Source: Squalus acanthias (lineage: Eukaryota). Taken from it: a stretch of 64,000 bases of DNA. The position numbers and the translations under genes were made by a program. The stretch covers positions 930,001 to 994,000 of the forward strand of contig JASTWF010000035.1 of the NCBI GenBank assembly GCA_030390025.1. The letters are read 5' to 3'. Of this stretch, positions 27,322-39,009 are shown piece after piece. Each line of letters starts with the position of its first letter. The first letter of the stretch is position 1. Below the pieces are notes generated by a model. It did not search any database and was not told the DNA's origin. It saw only the letters and a list, made by a program, of their open reading frames with translations.

Positions 27322-28229
27322 GACTTACCCTTTAATTAATTGAATTTAAATTATATCAAATCAATCCCACCAATTATACTATAATTAAATGATATAGGGC
27401 CCTTGTTTACCAACTGTTCCCGCTGCACCACAGAGACCCTAGAAACAATAAACCAAAAAATTTAAGTTTGGAAAATGGAGAAAAAGAGAAATGCTCACCA
27501 ACCAATCACTTACCTGCTTTCCGGTGACGTCCCACTTTGATTATTTTTTACTTCTCTCTCCCGCTCTGGGGGCTCAGATTGGTAAACCTACCTGGTCGCT
27601 GCCGCCGCCTCGCCACTGTCGCTCCACCCAGGTCCGCCGCCTCTGTGGGCCTACCTGGTCGCTGCCGCCGCCTCGCCACTGTCGCTCCACCCAGGTCCGC
27701 CGCCTCTGTCCACTTCTCTCTCTCCTTTTAAGTTCCTTCTTAAAACTTACCTGTTTGACCATGCTTTTATTCACCTGTCTTAATGTATCCTTATGTGGCT
27801 CCGTGTCAATTTCTGTCTTAATCATTTTATCTTCAAAAAATGAATTCCTGTGTCTGGAGAGTGACCTCTGCACTGGGCTTGCCTTTGTTGCCGATTGCAG
27901 TTCTCGATTAGAACCCGATTGCTTAAGAGTACAAGCACCTAGGTCTGGCCCCGTGTGTTATACTTTCTGTAACAGAGGGCTTTTAACCTGACAAGGATTT
28001 ACAGACCCATATTTTTACTCGTCTATGGGACAGTCACTTCTCTGCATGTCCAGTCGTTTGTACTTGGCAGAGTCACGCATCTGCCGTTAGCTGCAATCCT
28101 ATCATGTAAAAGCACCTTGTGTAACAGTCCCGTCATCACAGGCAGTTTGTAATTTATGTTGTAACTGTGACCCTGGTTAAAAGCTGTTTTTTTTTAGCTA
28201 TACAGTGAATAGATAATTGTAAATTTAAG

Positions 28230-28760
28230 GGTACGTTAGCCTTGTGGTTATGGCACTGGATTAGCTGCCCAGAGGTCGTGAGTTCAAATCCCACCGTGAC
28301 AAGTTGTGAAATTTAATTCAATCAATCTGGTAATTTGTGAGCTGGCACCAGAACAAAATGACCATGAAAACTGACATTGTCTTTTAAAAAGCCAGCTGGT
28401 TCACTAATGCCATTCAGGGATGGTAACCTGCTGCCCTTACCCAGTCCTGCAGGTGACTCCAGTCCCACATGGTGGGCAATGTTCCCTCTAATTTTGTTTG
28501 GCTGCGTGGCCCCTTTAACAGACTATGGGGCCCATTCAAATTCTTGCGCATGCGCGGTTTTTGCATTTAAAAGCCGGCTCACCAGCTGCGCAGGACAAGG
28601 ATCATTGGTGAGCGGCCTGCGTGGGTCCTCCGGACCGCTGTGCAGCCGCGCAACTTAACGGGAACATTGATGGTGGGTGGGCCTTAATGCCTCAGAGCAA
28701 CTAGAGATGGGCAATAAACGCTGCCTTGCCAGTGTTGCTCTCATCCCAAGAACAAACTAA
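28230..28760 (+). mobile_element. Meta-like tRNA SINE interrupted by a MITE
   Basis: B box GAGTTCAAATCCC, core CTGGTTCACTAATGCCATTCAGGG and tail GGGCAATAAACGCTGCCTTGCCAG. Confidence 0.75.
28477..28669. mobile_element. hAT-type non-autonomous DNA transposon (MITE), 193 bp
   Basis: 15-bp TIRs CAATGTTCCCTCTAA / TTAACGGGAACATTG (2 mismatches) and a perfect 8-bp TSD ATGGTGGG at 28469-28476 and 28670-28677. Confidence 0.88.
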
Positions 28761-30997
28761 AGTGCTTGAAAAATGTTTTGTTTTTGGAATCTGTTCCCCT
28801 ATTTTATACCATCGTTCGTACCACATGTTCAATTGCTGCAGCACTCAACAAATTCAGCTACAAATACAATATGTGATTGCAAAGGAGATTCTGCATTTGA
28901 CAGGAGTGGTGCTAAGATTACCAGAGTCTGTCTGTGAGGGGACACGCAAAGGGAACTTTGCTGTTCTCTCACTTGGGCAGTGGGCCAGTACCTGACTATA
29001 AAACTGATCATGGTACCACATGCTTTCAGTTTTATATCACCCGGGTTCCGCTGTGTTTGGTGCACCAGCCCTATAACAGCAAGAGAAGTGGGTCAGTAAA
29101 CAACAATCTGTACAGTATGTGATTTGTTTATATGGTCAGTTTTAATGTTTCTGAATTTTCCTGTTGTGCACTGCGTGTGGTGTATAATTGGAATACACTT
29201 AAACTGACGGGTTTAAGGCAGGAATCTCTTGTAAGCAGCTGGAGGTTCATCCTTTTGCTGTTGTCACAGCCTCCGTATCTCTGATATTACTGGTAGTTCT
29301 GCTTAAAAACATGTGGCTCACATGCCAACTCCTAAATACTTCAGCACTGGGAATCCTGAGCCCAGTAACTTTGGATTAAAATCGGTTTGTGAGGACTTGT
29401 TGTGAAATGTTGCAAGAATGGTTACAGCACAGAAGGAGGCCTGTCGAGCCCGTGCCGACAGGCCGAATGGCCTCCTTCTGTGTTGTAACAATTCCTGGTC
29501 AGCTGTGCTTCAACCTCTCGGCGTCTGTGTTCAGTGTTAATAAACACAGGGGCATAGTCTCAGGATAAGGGGTCAGCCATTTAAGATGAGGAGGAATTTC
29601 TTCACTCAGAGGGTTGTGAATCTTTGGAATTCACTACCCCAAAGGGCTGTGAATGCTGAGTCTTTGTGTATATCCTGCTCCTAATTCTTGTTCTTATATT
29701 TCAGAATTGGTGTGGTGTTGGGGCCCATGTGGATCTGATGGTGCAGTATTGACCTTTTCAGTTTGATTGGATGAAAGTCTCTGCTCTTTGCCAGTTGTCA
29801 GGGTCCAAGCGCAGTAAGTTTGGGCAGGCCAGCCCAATTCTTAGAGTCCACAGTACTAAATTGGCAGTGTAGTTCAGGCAGTAAGGCTGACTGTAAGGTC
29901 CCAGTAGGGGACGCTTGTTTGAAGCATTCTGTGCAGGAGGTGGGGGTGAGGAGTTACTTTTTAAAGGAAGTTCTAAATGCAATTCATCAAAATTGATTAT
30001 TGCGTAGTTTTAAATTGTGTGATTTACGACCCACCGTTTGCAGTGCATAGGCCTAGTGTTGGTGATCTAGGGCTGTTTGTCAACTTGACTTGCTCATTTT
30101 GCCCCATTCATATTTAAGCTCAATATCTCTGGCTCCAGGGACTTGGTGCGTTACTAATATGCTTTGAGTTTGGAAGCACTGGAAAATAACGGGACCGCTG
30201 CTTGTTCTGGAACACAGTGTGGGATTGTTCGTGTAACTGGAAAGTCAATGCTGCACCTCTTTTTTTCAAGGGTTTGCATTCATTTGTCCATTTTGATTTG
30301 TTTAGTACCCATGGGACGGGTACAGTATATTGATGCATTCGGGTTTCTTGGTGTAGTTCTGATTGCAATGGGGCAATGCACGCTCAACAGTTAAATAACT
30401 TACTCTTGCTCTGGGTGAGTCTCCAGGACTCTTTTTTTTCTCCGGACCCTCGCGTTTAGATTCTTGGCTTGTTAGTATCGCTCTCTATACTTCTAGTTGG
30501 GAGAAGTTTCAATGAATAGTTTATCTCTAAACCTTGGAGCAGCCTTTTGACCTTCAGATATATCTCGAGTTCTTTAACAGCTCTTTTGATGGTTTAGGAA
30601 CAGGAGGAGGCCATCCAGCCCCTCAAGCCTGTTCTGCCATTCAATTAGATCATAGCTGATCTGTATCTTAACTCCATTTACCCGGCTTGGTTCCATATCC
30701 CCTAATACCCTTGCCTAACCGTTTAAGTCTCTCGAGTTAACCTTTGCAGCAAACCTCACTTGTATTCTGCTCTTGCTCATTATACATGTGCTGTAGGCTG
30801 TAAAATAATCTACCAGTTTTATTTCTTTATTGCATCTTTGGAAAACAGCCATTGAATAAGGTGTTTGTTTTTGGAAAAGGTTGAAGTCTGTTCATTATAA
30901 CATTTTAACACCTGGACCTGCATTTAATCCATTGAATTCCTTTTTGTTTCTCCATTCTTCCACTCCTGCTTCTTTTCAGCTTTTACTCATCACTGCA

Positions 30998-33325
30998 GAT
31001 CTCGCCACGTGTGGGTGAGCGGGCAGTGATTGACGATCTCTCGGTGTGGGTGAGCGGGCAGTGATTGACGATCTCTCCACGTGTGGGTGAGCGGGCAGTG
31101 ACTGACGATCTCTCGGTGTGGGTGAGCGGGCAGTGATTGACAATCTCTCGGTGTGGGTGAGCGGGCAGTGACTGACGATCTCTCGGTGTGGGTGAGCGGG
31201 CAGTGACTGACGATCTCTCGGTGTGGGTGAGCGGGCAGTGATTGACGATCTCTCGGTGTGGGTGAGCGGGCAGTGATTGACGATCTCTCGGTGTGGGTGA
31301 GCGGGCAGTGATTGACAATCTCTCGGTGTGGGTGAGCGGGCAGTGATTGACAATCTCTCGGTGTGGGTGAGCGGGCAGTGATTGACGATCTCTCGGTGTG
31401 GGTGAGCGGGCAGTGATTGGCGATCTCTCGGTGTGGGTGAGCGGGCAGTGATTGACAATCTCTCGGCCTGGGTGAGCGGGCAGTGATTGACGATCTCTCG
31501 GTGTGGGTGAGCGGGCAGTGATTGACAATCTCTCGGTGTGGGTGAGCGGGCAGTGATAATCTCTCGGTGTGGGTGAGCGGGCAGTGATTGACTCTCTCGG
31601 TGTGGGTGAGCGGGCAGTGACTGACGATCTCTCGGTGTGGGTGAGCGGGCAGTGACTGACGATCTCTCGGTGTAGGTGAGCGGGCAGTGACTGACGATCT
31701 CTCGGTGTAGGTGAGCGGGCAGTGATTGACGATCTCTCGGTGTAGGTGAGCGGGCAGTGATTGACAATCTCTCGGTGTGAGTGAGCGGGCAGTGACGATC
31801 TGTCGGTGTGGGTGAGCGGGCAATGACTGACGATCTCTCGGTGTGGGTGAGCGGGCAGTGATTGACAATCTCTCGGTGTGGGTGAGCGGGCAGTGATTGA
31901 CAATCTCTAGGTGTGGGTGAGCGGGCAGTGATTGACAATCTCTCGGTGTGGGTGAGCGGGCAGTGATTGACAATCTCTCGGTGTGGGTGAGCGGGCAGTG
32001 ATTGACGATCTCTCGGTGTGGGTGAGCGGGCAGTGATTGACGATCTCGGTGTGGGTGAGCGGGCAGTGATTGACGATCTCTCTGTGGGTGAGCGGGCAGT
32101 GATTGACGATCTCTCGGTGGGTGAGCGGGCAGTGATTGACGATCTCTCGGTGTGGGTGAGCGGGCAGTGACGATCTCTCGGTGTGGGTGAGCGGGCAATG
32201 ATTGACGATCTCTCCACGTGTGGGTGAGCGGGCAGTGACTGACGATCTCTCGGTGTGGGTGAGCGGGCAGTGACTGACAATCTCTCGGTGTGGGTGAGCG
32301 GGCAGTGATAATCTCTCGGTGTGGGTGAGCGGGCAGTGATTGACAATCTCTCGGTGTGGGTGAGCGGGCAGTGATTGACGATCTCTCGGTGTGGGTGAGC
32401 GGGCAGTGATTGACGATCTCTCGGTGTGGGTGAGCGGGCAGTGACTGACAATCTCTCGGTGTGGGTGAGCGGGCAGTGATAATCTCTCGGTGTGGGTGAG
32501 CGGGCAGTGATTGACAATCTCTCGGTGTGGGTGAGCCGGCAGTGATTGACGATCTCTCGGTGTGGGTGAGCGGGCAGTGACGATCTCTCGGTGTGGGTGA
32601 GCGGGCAATGATTGACGATCTCTCCGCGTGTGGGTGAGCGGGCAGTGACTGACGATCTCTCGGTGTGGGTGAGCGGGCAGTGACTGACAATCTCTCGGTG
32701 TGGGTGAGCGGCATGATATCGGTGGAGCGGCAGTGATTGACAATCTCTCGGTGTGGGTGAGCGGGCAGTGATTGACAATCTCTCGGTGTGGGTGAGCGGG
32801 CAGTGATTGACGATCTCTCGGTGTGGGTGAGCGGGCAGTGATTGACGATCTCTCGGTGTGGGTGAGCGGGCAGTGACTGACAATCTCTCGGTGTGGGTGA
32901 GCGGGCAGTGATAATCTCTCGGTGTGGGTGAGCGGGCAGTGACTGACGATCTCTCGGTGTGGGTGAGCGGGCAGTGACTGACAATCTCTCGGTGTGGGTG
33001 AGCGGGCAGTGATAATCTCTCGGTGTGGGTGAGCGGGCAGTGATTGACAATCTCTCGGTGTGGGTGAGCCGGCAGTGATTGACGATCTCTCGGTGTGGGT
33101 GAGCGGGCAGTGATTGACAATCTCTCGGTGTGGGTGAGCGGGCAGTGACTGACGATCTCTCGGTGTGGGTGAGCGGGCAGTGATTGACGATCTCTCGGTG
33201 TGGGTGAGCGGGCAGTGACTGACAATCTCTCGGTGTGAGTGAGCGGGCAGTGATTGACAATCTCTCGGCCTGGGTGAGCGGGCAGTGATTGACAATCTCT
33301 CGGTGTGGGTGAGCTGGCAGTGACT
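30998..33325. repeat. 35-bp minisatellite (GATCTCTCGGTGTGGGTGAGCGGGCAGTGATTGAC), about 65 copies
   Basis: Unit read directly, with interspersed variants (GACT/GATT, CGATC/CAATC, and shorter 31-bp units). Confidence 0.97.
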
Positions 33326-33829
33326 GCCAGAGATGTATGGGAATGCTGTGGCGATTCTAATAACTGCCCCCCTTGATCAGAAGAACCTGGCAGAGCCCAG
33401 GACCTCCACATATGGGGAATTGAGGCTTGACCCAATGTCCATCTTTAGATCAGTGTTGATGTGTGGAATATTATTTTGCCATTGTGCAATGTTGCGATGT
33501 GAAATGTGGTAAAGCAGAAACTTTGCAAAGGCCACAGGAAGCCTGAGGCCAGTTCTGGCATGAAGGCTGTATTTAAACCTCCTGAGAACAGTCAGCTGCA
33601 TGTTGTTTTAATACAAAGGCCAATTGTTTATCAATTTTCTTAAAATCCCCTACAGGCAGTAACATTATTGTGTAGTATACACCCTTAAATATTTTGGCAC
33701 CACCAACTTTGGCAGTTGTCAAGACTGAGGGCAAGGACAAGCTCCAGGCTGATCTTGTCTCCTGTCTCTGTAACATTGCAGTAAGGGGGATGAGGAGAGA
33801 GTGGGGCTCGGGTCACAAGCAAAGAGGAG

Positions 33830-34245
33830 TAGGCTTGTACTCCATTGGATGAAGAAGATTAGGGAGTGATCTAATTGAGGTGTTTAAGATGATTAAAGGA
33901 GTCGATGGGGTAGATAGAGAGAAACTATTTCCTCTGGTGGGGGAGTCCAGAACAAGGGGGCGGAACCTTAAAATTAGAGCCAGGCCGTTCAGGGGTGATG
34001 TCAGGAAGCACTTCTTCACACAAAGGGTGGTGGAAATCTGGAACTCTCTCCCCCAAAAAGCTGTTAAGGCTGGGGGCCAATTGAAAATTTCGAAACTGAG
34101 ATTGCTAGATTTGTGTTGGGCAAGGGTATTAAGGGTTACGGAACCAAGGCGGGTAAATGGAGTTGAGATACATGAGATCAGCCATGATCTCATTGAATGG
34201 CAGAACCAGCTTGAGTGGCTGAATGGCCTCCTGTTGCTGTGTTCC
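33830..34245 (+). mobile_element. CR1 3' fragment
   Basis: Encodes LFPLVGESRTRG...FFTQRVVEIWNSLP followed by the CR1 3' UTR. Confidence 0.88.
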
Positions 34246-35354
34246 TATTTAGTGATGGCAAATGGGGCCTTTAAACTCTGAATATTAGCTAGTTCAAGCT
34301 GCACAAATGGAAATTGGATTGCAATCTGGGACTTGCAGTATAGCTGAAGAGAACAGTCAGGACTTTTCACTCCGGGTAACTGAGTTGTGGAATAAATGAC
34401 CAGGAAACACCACTGAAATGGACAGTAAGATCACAAGACAACTGGAAGTATTTCTACAGAGAGGAGGGACTGAGGGTGTGGGACAATCGGATTTCTTGGG
34501 CATTCTGGCCTTTTCCTGCCCCTGAAATGTCTGTTCTGTCGGGCGATCTGCAGTGGTACTGACACTCGGCCCAGCGAATGGCTATTTCTGTCACCGGCTT
34601 CTCCCCCATTGATTTACTGTTGACCAGGAGCAGAGTGAGTGGCCAGGCTGTCTTACTGCTGTGGAACTAAACAGGCCATCGCACGTCACACTAACTGAAG
34701 AGGATTTTTTAAATATTTGTTCATGGGATGTGGGCGTCGCTAGCAAGGCTAGCATTTATTGCCCATCCCTAAATTGAATCTGGCTTTACCTGCTTTGTTA
34801 GTAAAAGTCATCATTACTGCATAAACAAATCAAAAGGAGTGAAGAGGCACTTGGTACCAGAGGGGTATATTTAGCTCCTGCCTGTAACATGAGCAGTTTT
34901 TAAACTTGTAACACTGCAGCTCGAGTTTTTTTTTAATGGGAAAAGTCAGCTGCTTCTGTTGAGTAACAAACTTTTATCTCTCAAATACTTCCACCAGCTA
35001 ATCACTAGTGTGGTTATACAGTGACTGATCCCTTCTCAGTGTGTACAAGGGTTTCTGCACTGTAAATTGTGTGCGCTTATCTGGTTACCATGGCCCCATC
35101 AACTCAAAGAGCCAATGTTAATATTTGAGCCACCTGTCTTCAATGAGATCTAGACTGCTGAAACACAACGATAATAAACACTGCGGCTCCAAACTAATAG
35201 CGAACTGGAGGGCCGTGCAGTGGCAGTGGCCAGTGTAGGAAACCCCACCGGTGTTTCCTGATCTTTAGGAGCCTAATATTCTCTGAGCAAAATAGAGGTT
35301 TTTCTTGTAATCCTGTCGCCTCCTGTAACATTTAACCTGTGTCATCCATTCCAG

Positions 35355-35627
35355 ATTTATATTTGGCGCGTGCCGAGGACATTGAGGATGACGAGGATTT
35401 GAACGATGGTGAAGTGAATGGGAACTGGACTCCTCAGGAAAAGGTGCTCCACGAAGCCCGCATCAAGGCAAAGGCTAAACGCCGGCTGAGGCGCAATTCT
35501 TCTCGAGACTCCGCGCGGGAGTCTGTGTCGGAGAGTGGCGAGCCGAGTACAGACCCAAACAGTCCCAAAGGAAAACTGAATGACCGGAAATCTCGGACTG
35601 GAAAAGGACGTGGCCTCCCAAAGAAAG
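35355..35627 (+). CDS. PDCD4: PDCD4-family coding exon (N-terminal acidic/basic region, phosphodegron region)
   Basis: ttccag|AT ... AAG AAA G|gtaaat. Encodes EARIKAKAKRRLRRNSSRDS...SPKGKLNDRKSRTGKGRGLPKKG, matching the PDCD4 N-terminus. Phase 1/1. Confidence 0.95.
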
Positions 35628-35734
35628 GTAAATGGTGACTGGTTGTCCTGTGTGGCCTCGGTCAGTTCCCGAAACCTCCCCGGAGAAATGGTGCGAGATA
35701 AGACTCGAGTTGTTCGAACAAGTTTATTCCAATT

Positions 35735-36260
35735 CACTCCAGGCCGGCCTCCCATCTCCCACCCTCCTGTAAACTTGAGGTCATGCAAAGCTCTGCTGCC
35801 CCATGTCCTAACTCGCACCAAGTCCCGTTCACCCATCACCCCTGTGCTCGCTGACCTACATTGGCTCCTGGTCTGGCAACTCCTTGACTTAAAAAAAAAA
35901 AAAAAATTCTCATCCTTGTTTACAAATCCCTTCATGGCCTCGCCCCTCCCTATCACTGTAACCTCCTACAACCCTCCGAGATCTCTGCGCTCCTCCAGCT
36001 CTGGCCTCTTGTGTATCCCCGATTTTAATCGCTCCACCACTGGTGACCATACCTTCAGCTGCCTGGGCCCTAAGCTCTGGAATTCCCTCCCTAAACCTCT
36101 CCACTTCTCTACCCCTCTCTCCTCAAAACCTAACTATTTAACCAAGCTTTTGGTCACCTGTCCTAATCTCCTTATGTGGCTCAGTGGCAAATTTTGTTTG
36201 ATAATCGCTCCTGTGAAGCGCCTTGGGGCGTTAAAGGCGCTATATAAATGCAAGTTGTTA
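35735..36260 (+). mobile_element. L2 LINE 3' fragment
   Basis: Encodes TRTKSRSPITPVLADLHWL and has the tail GGCGCTATATAAATGCAAGTTG; matches the 3' end of the 20900-23330 element. Confidence 0.87.
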
Positions 36261-37694
36261 TTTAACAATCACTGATTTTCATAGTTATCCAAAGAAAGCA
36301 CACCTGCAGTGAGAACTTATGACATTTGTTTCAAATTAAAGATTTTAGTTGCTAAAGCTGCATTTTGTGGAACTCTTCTGTAGTGCTCCGTGTTCTCTGC
36401 AGCCAAGGCTGGAGTGAATGTGCTTCGCCGCTGTCTAACGAGAAGATCTCCAGTGTACCCACTCATCATCATCGGTATCTATTTCAGGTAGCAGCCAGTG
36501 AAGCAGCTTCAGTGGATGACGATAGCGTGGGTGGGGGGGGAAATCAAATTGTCCTTCAGATCCACCACTTCACAGAAAGGGGGCGGTCTCTGCCACTCTC
36601 TGAATCCAGTTACCTAGTATTGTAGAATCAGTACAGTAGCCATACTGACACATCAAGTCTGCGCCAGTGTTTTTCTCCATGTGAGCCCCCTGGTCTATTC
36701 TCACTCCCTGTACCTTCCTTGCCTGTGCTGGATCTGGGCTCTCTTGTGAAGGAGCTGTTAGCTCCCAGTATTCTGCTTTCTCCTCATACAGCCTTTTATT
36801 TCTTTAAATAGCTATTCCTCCCCTTTTTTCAAGGAGCTATCTAATTCCTTTTTCAAAAAATTGATGTTTTGAGCTGTGGAATAGGTCAACAGGGTAGGCC
36901 ATTGAAGCAGGCAGTATAAATAGGGTCAAGAGGAAATTCAATGACCTTTTAGAGAGAGAGAGAAGGACTCCTCAGAGAAACCTAGATATTGCAGGGCGGG
37001 AGGGGACCCGTTTGTTTGCGCGGGGCGGGAGGAGCCCCGTTTGCGCGGGGCGGGAGGGGCTTGTTTGCACTTTTATGAACAATGTGGGGTGGGGGGCTGA
37101 TCTTTACACAGCCCCATTTCCCTGTTTTTCCTCCAACTAATCCCATTTTCCTGCTATTCTTAACTAGCCGGCACCTTATGAATTTAGAATTGATCCTCAC
37201 TTATGGTAAAGAATTCCAGATTCCAATAACTCTGCATGGGAAAGTTTCTTTCAATTCCCCCTTTATATATCTAGTCCTTGTCTTGAGATTGTGGCCTCTT
37301 GTCTCACTTACTGAATAATGGAACTGATCTACCTGCGTTTACCTAGCCTGTTCCCATTATCATTTTTCACACCTCTGTCAAATTCCCTGTTAACTTTCTC
37401 GGTTTGAGAGGTACAGCGCTAGTTGATCCGTCCTTTCTTCACCCTTGGTATCTTCCTGGTAAATTTGTGTTGCACTTTTTCCTGGTTTGTTATCCCTCCT
37501 TATAGCAAGGCGTCTAAAATTGTACACAATAATCCCCCTGATATAAATCCTAAATCTACACCTGCAGGGGAGGAATGTGGTAAAAGCCCCTCCTGTACTA
37601 TATGGAGAGAAAACTACAAGCTCCAACTTAGTGACTTTCCCTTGCCTGTGGGCTAATAAATTACCCCAGTCATGGTGCAATGTGATTTCTGAAT

Positions 37695-37900
37695 GCATGA
37701 GATAGGAACACGAGGAGGCCACTCAGCCCCTCGAGCTTGCTCTGCCCTTCAGTTCGATCATGGCTGATCTGTACCTCAACTGCATTTACCTGCCTTGGCT
37801 TCAATATCCTTACCCAACAAAAATCTATTGACCTCGGTATTGAAAGCTCCAATTGTCCCCCAGCATCCACAGCCTATTGAAGGAGAGAATTCCAGATTCC
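37695..37900 (-). mobile_element. CR1 3' UTR fragment
   Basis: GGAGGCCACTCAGCCCCTCGAGC...GATCATGGCTGATCTG matches the tail at 23350-23420. A similar piece lies at about 30595-30720. Confidence 0.8.
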
Positions 37901-37959
37901 TAAACAAGCAGTGCATGATGCATTGATGTTCCAGTATAACTGCTCTCTGTTCATTGTAG

Positions 37960-38057
37960 GTGGAGCTGGCGGGAAGGGCGTGTGGGGTGCAGCTGGAGTT
38001 ATTTATGATTATGAGGAGCCCGATGCTCGTGATCCAAACTACGACGATGCTGTCCAG
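37960..38057 (+). CDS. PDCD4: PDCD4-family coding exon
   Basis: ttgtag|GT...CAG|gtgggt. Encodes GGAGGKGVWGAAGVIYDYEEPDARDPNYDDAVQ with the conserved GAGGKGVWG and DPNYD motifs. 98 nt, phase 1/0. Confidence 0.95.
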
Positions 38058-38472
38058 GTGGGTATATTGTAATGTATCCATAACGTAACGGGGAAGACAA
38101 TAGGCGGCACTCTTTAGGAATAAATCGCTACTGGAGCATATTTTGGGATGTGCTGTTCCAGGGCCTGTCTGATTGAAGACATTCGGAGACCTCCGTCATT
38201 TTATCAGTCTCTGTCTCTCATGCCGGGAAGCTGCAGTACTGAGTTTCTGGCACTGATCTTTGGAAGTAGCCTTCCATCTAGGGACGGCACGTTAATCGCT
38301 AAAGGGTTTTGTACAAGGAATCCGTCTTGGGTGAGATAGTTGGGAGGAGAGGATGGGGAGTGACTGCTTCTGCTTTCTCCACTCGATCACCGCAGCTAAT
38401 CACTGGAGTAAGGTGGCACTATTGAGATATCTGTAATATGGTGATGAATTAGTCTGTCTGTTTTCTTGTTAG

Positions 38473-38586
38473 GGGGACACAGTGTATGAGACGATGGTCC
38501 CAGAACTGGATGAAAATGCGCTGCAAAAGACCGTGACTCCAATTGTGAAGGAGTACTTTGAACATGGTGATGGAAATGAAGTGGCT
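38473..38586 (+). CDS. PDCD4: PDCD4-family coding exon (start of MA3 domain 1)
   Basis: tgttag|GGG...GCT|gtaagt. Encodes GDTVYETMVPELDENALQKTVTPIVKEYFEHGDGNEVA. 114 nt. Confidence 0.95.
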
Positions 38587-39009
38587 GTAAGTAACTGGGA
38601 GTTCACCACCTCCTCCTCATCCAGCCCTCCAATTCTAACTTCTTAAGCATGCTTCGCTGTTGCCCTCTGCTTCATCTTCACTGAATAGAAACTTGATCTG
38701 TCTTGGCCCTATTCTTTGCAACACCCATCCCAAACTCATTTATCTCTTTATCTTCCACCCCACTTTTTAAAAACCTTCTCAAATCGCCTCTTTGATGTCC
38801 CAAGATGCGCTCCCTTCAAGTGCTGTCCCCTGCTGAAAGCACCGGATTGTGGAATCACCCTGTGTTTGATTTCCCATCTGCTGTATCTGGCTGCAACTTT
38901 TCCTCCGTCATCTGATCCATTTCTATCTGCTCTGAATTTGGCTCTGTGACAGCCACGTCCTCCCACCCATCTGTTCTTCACAATAGTTTTAAAGTGTAAT
39001 AGTCATAAG

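Larger units (their letters stand above)
23331..27709 (-). mobile_element. Near-full-length CR1 LINE (about 4.4 kb)
   Basis: 5' UTR with a duplicated 60-bp unit, ORF1 (Cys-rich finger plus SGNH esterase), ORF2 (APE endonuclease plus RT), and a 3' tail reading CATAGAAACATAG on the + strand. Confidence 0.96.

Noticed and set aside
30976..33435. 300-800-aa minus-strand ORFs
   Set aside because: Translations of the 35-bp tandem repeat in all three frames.
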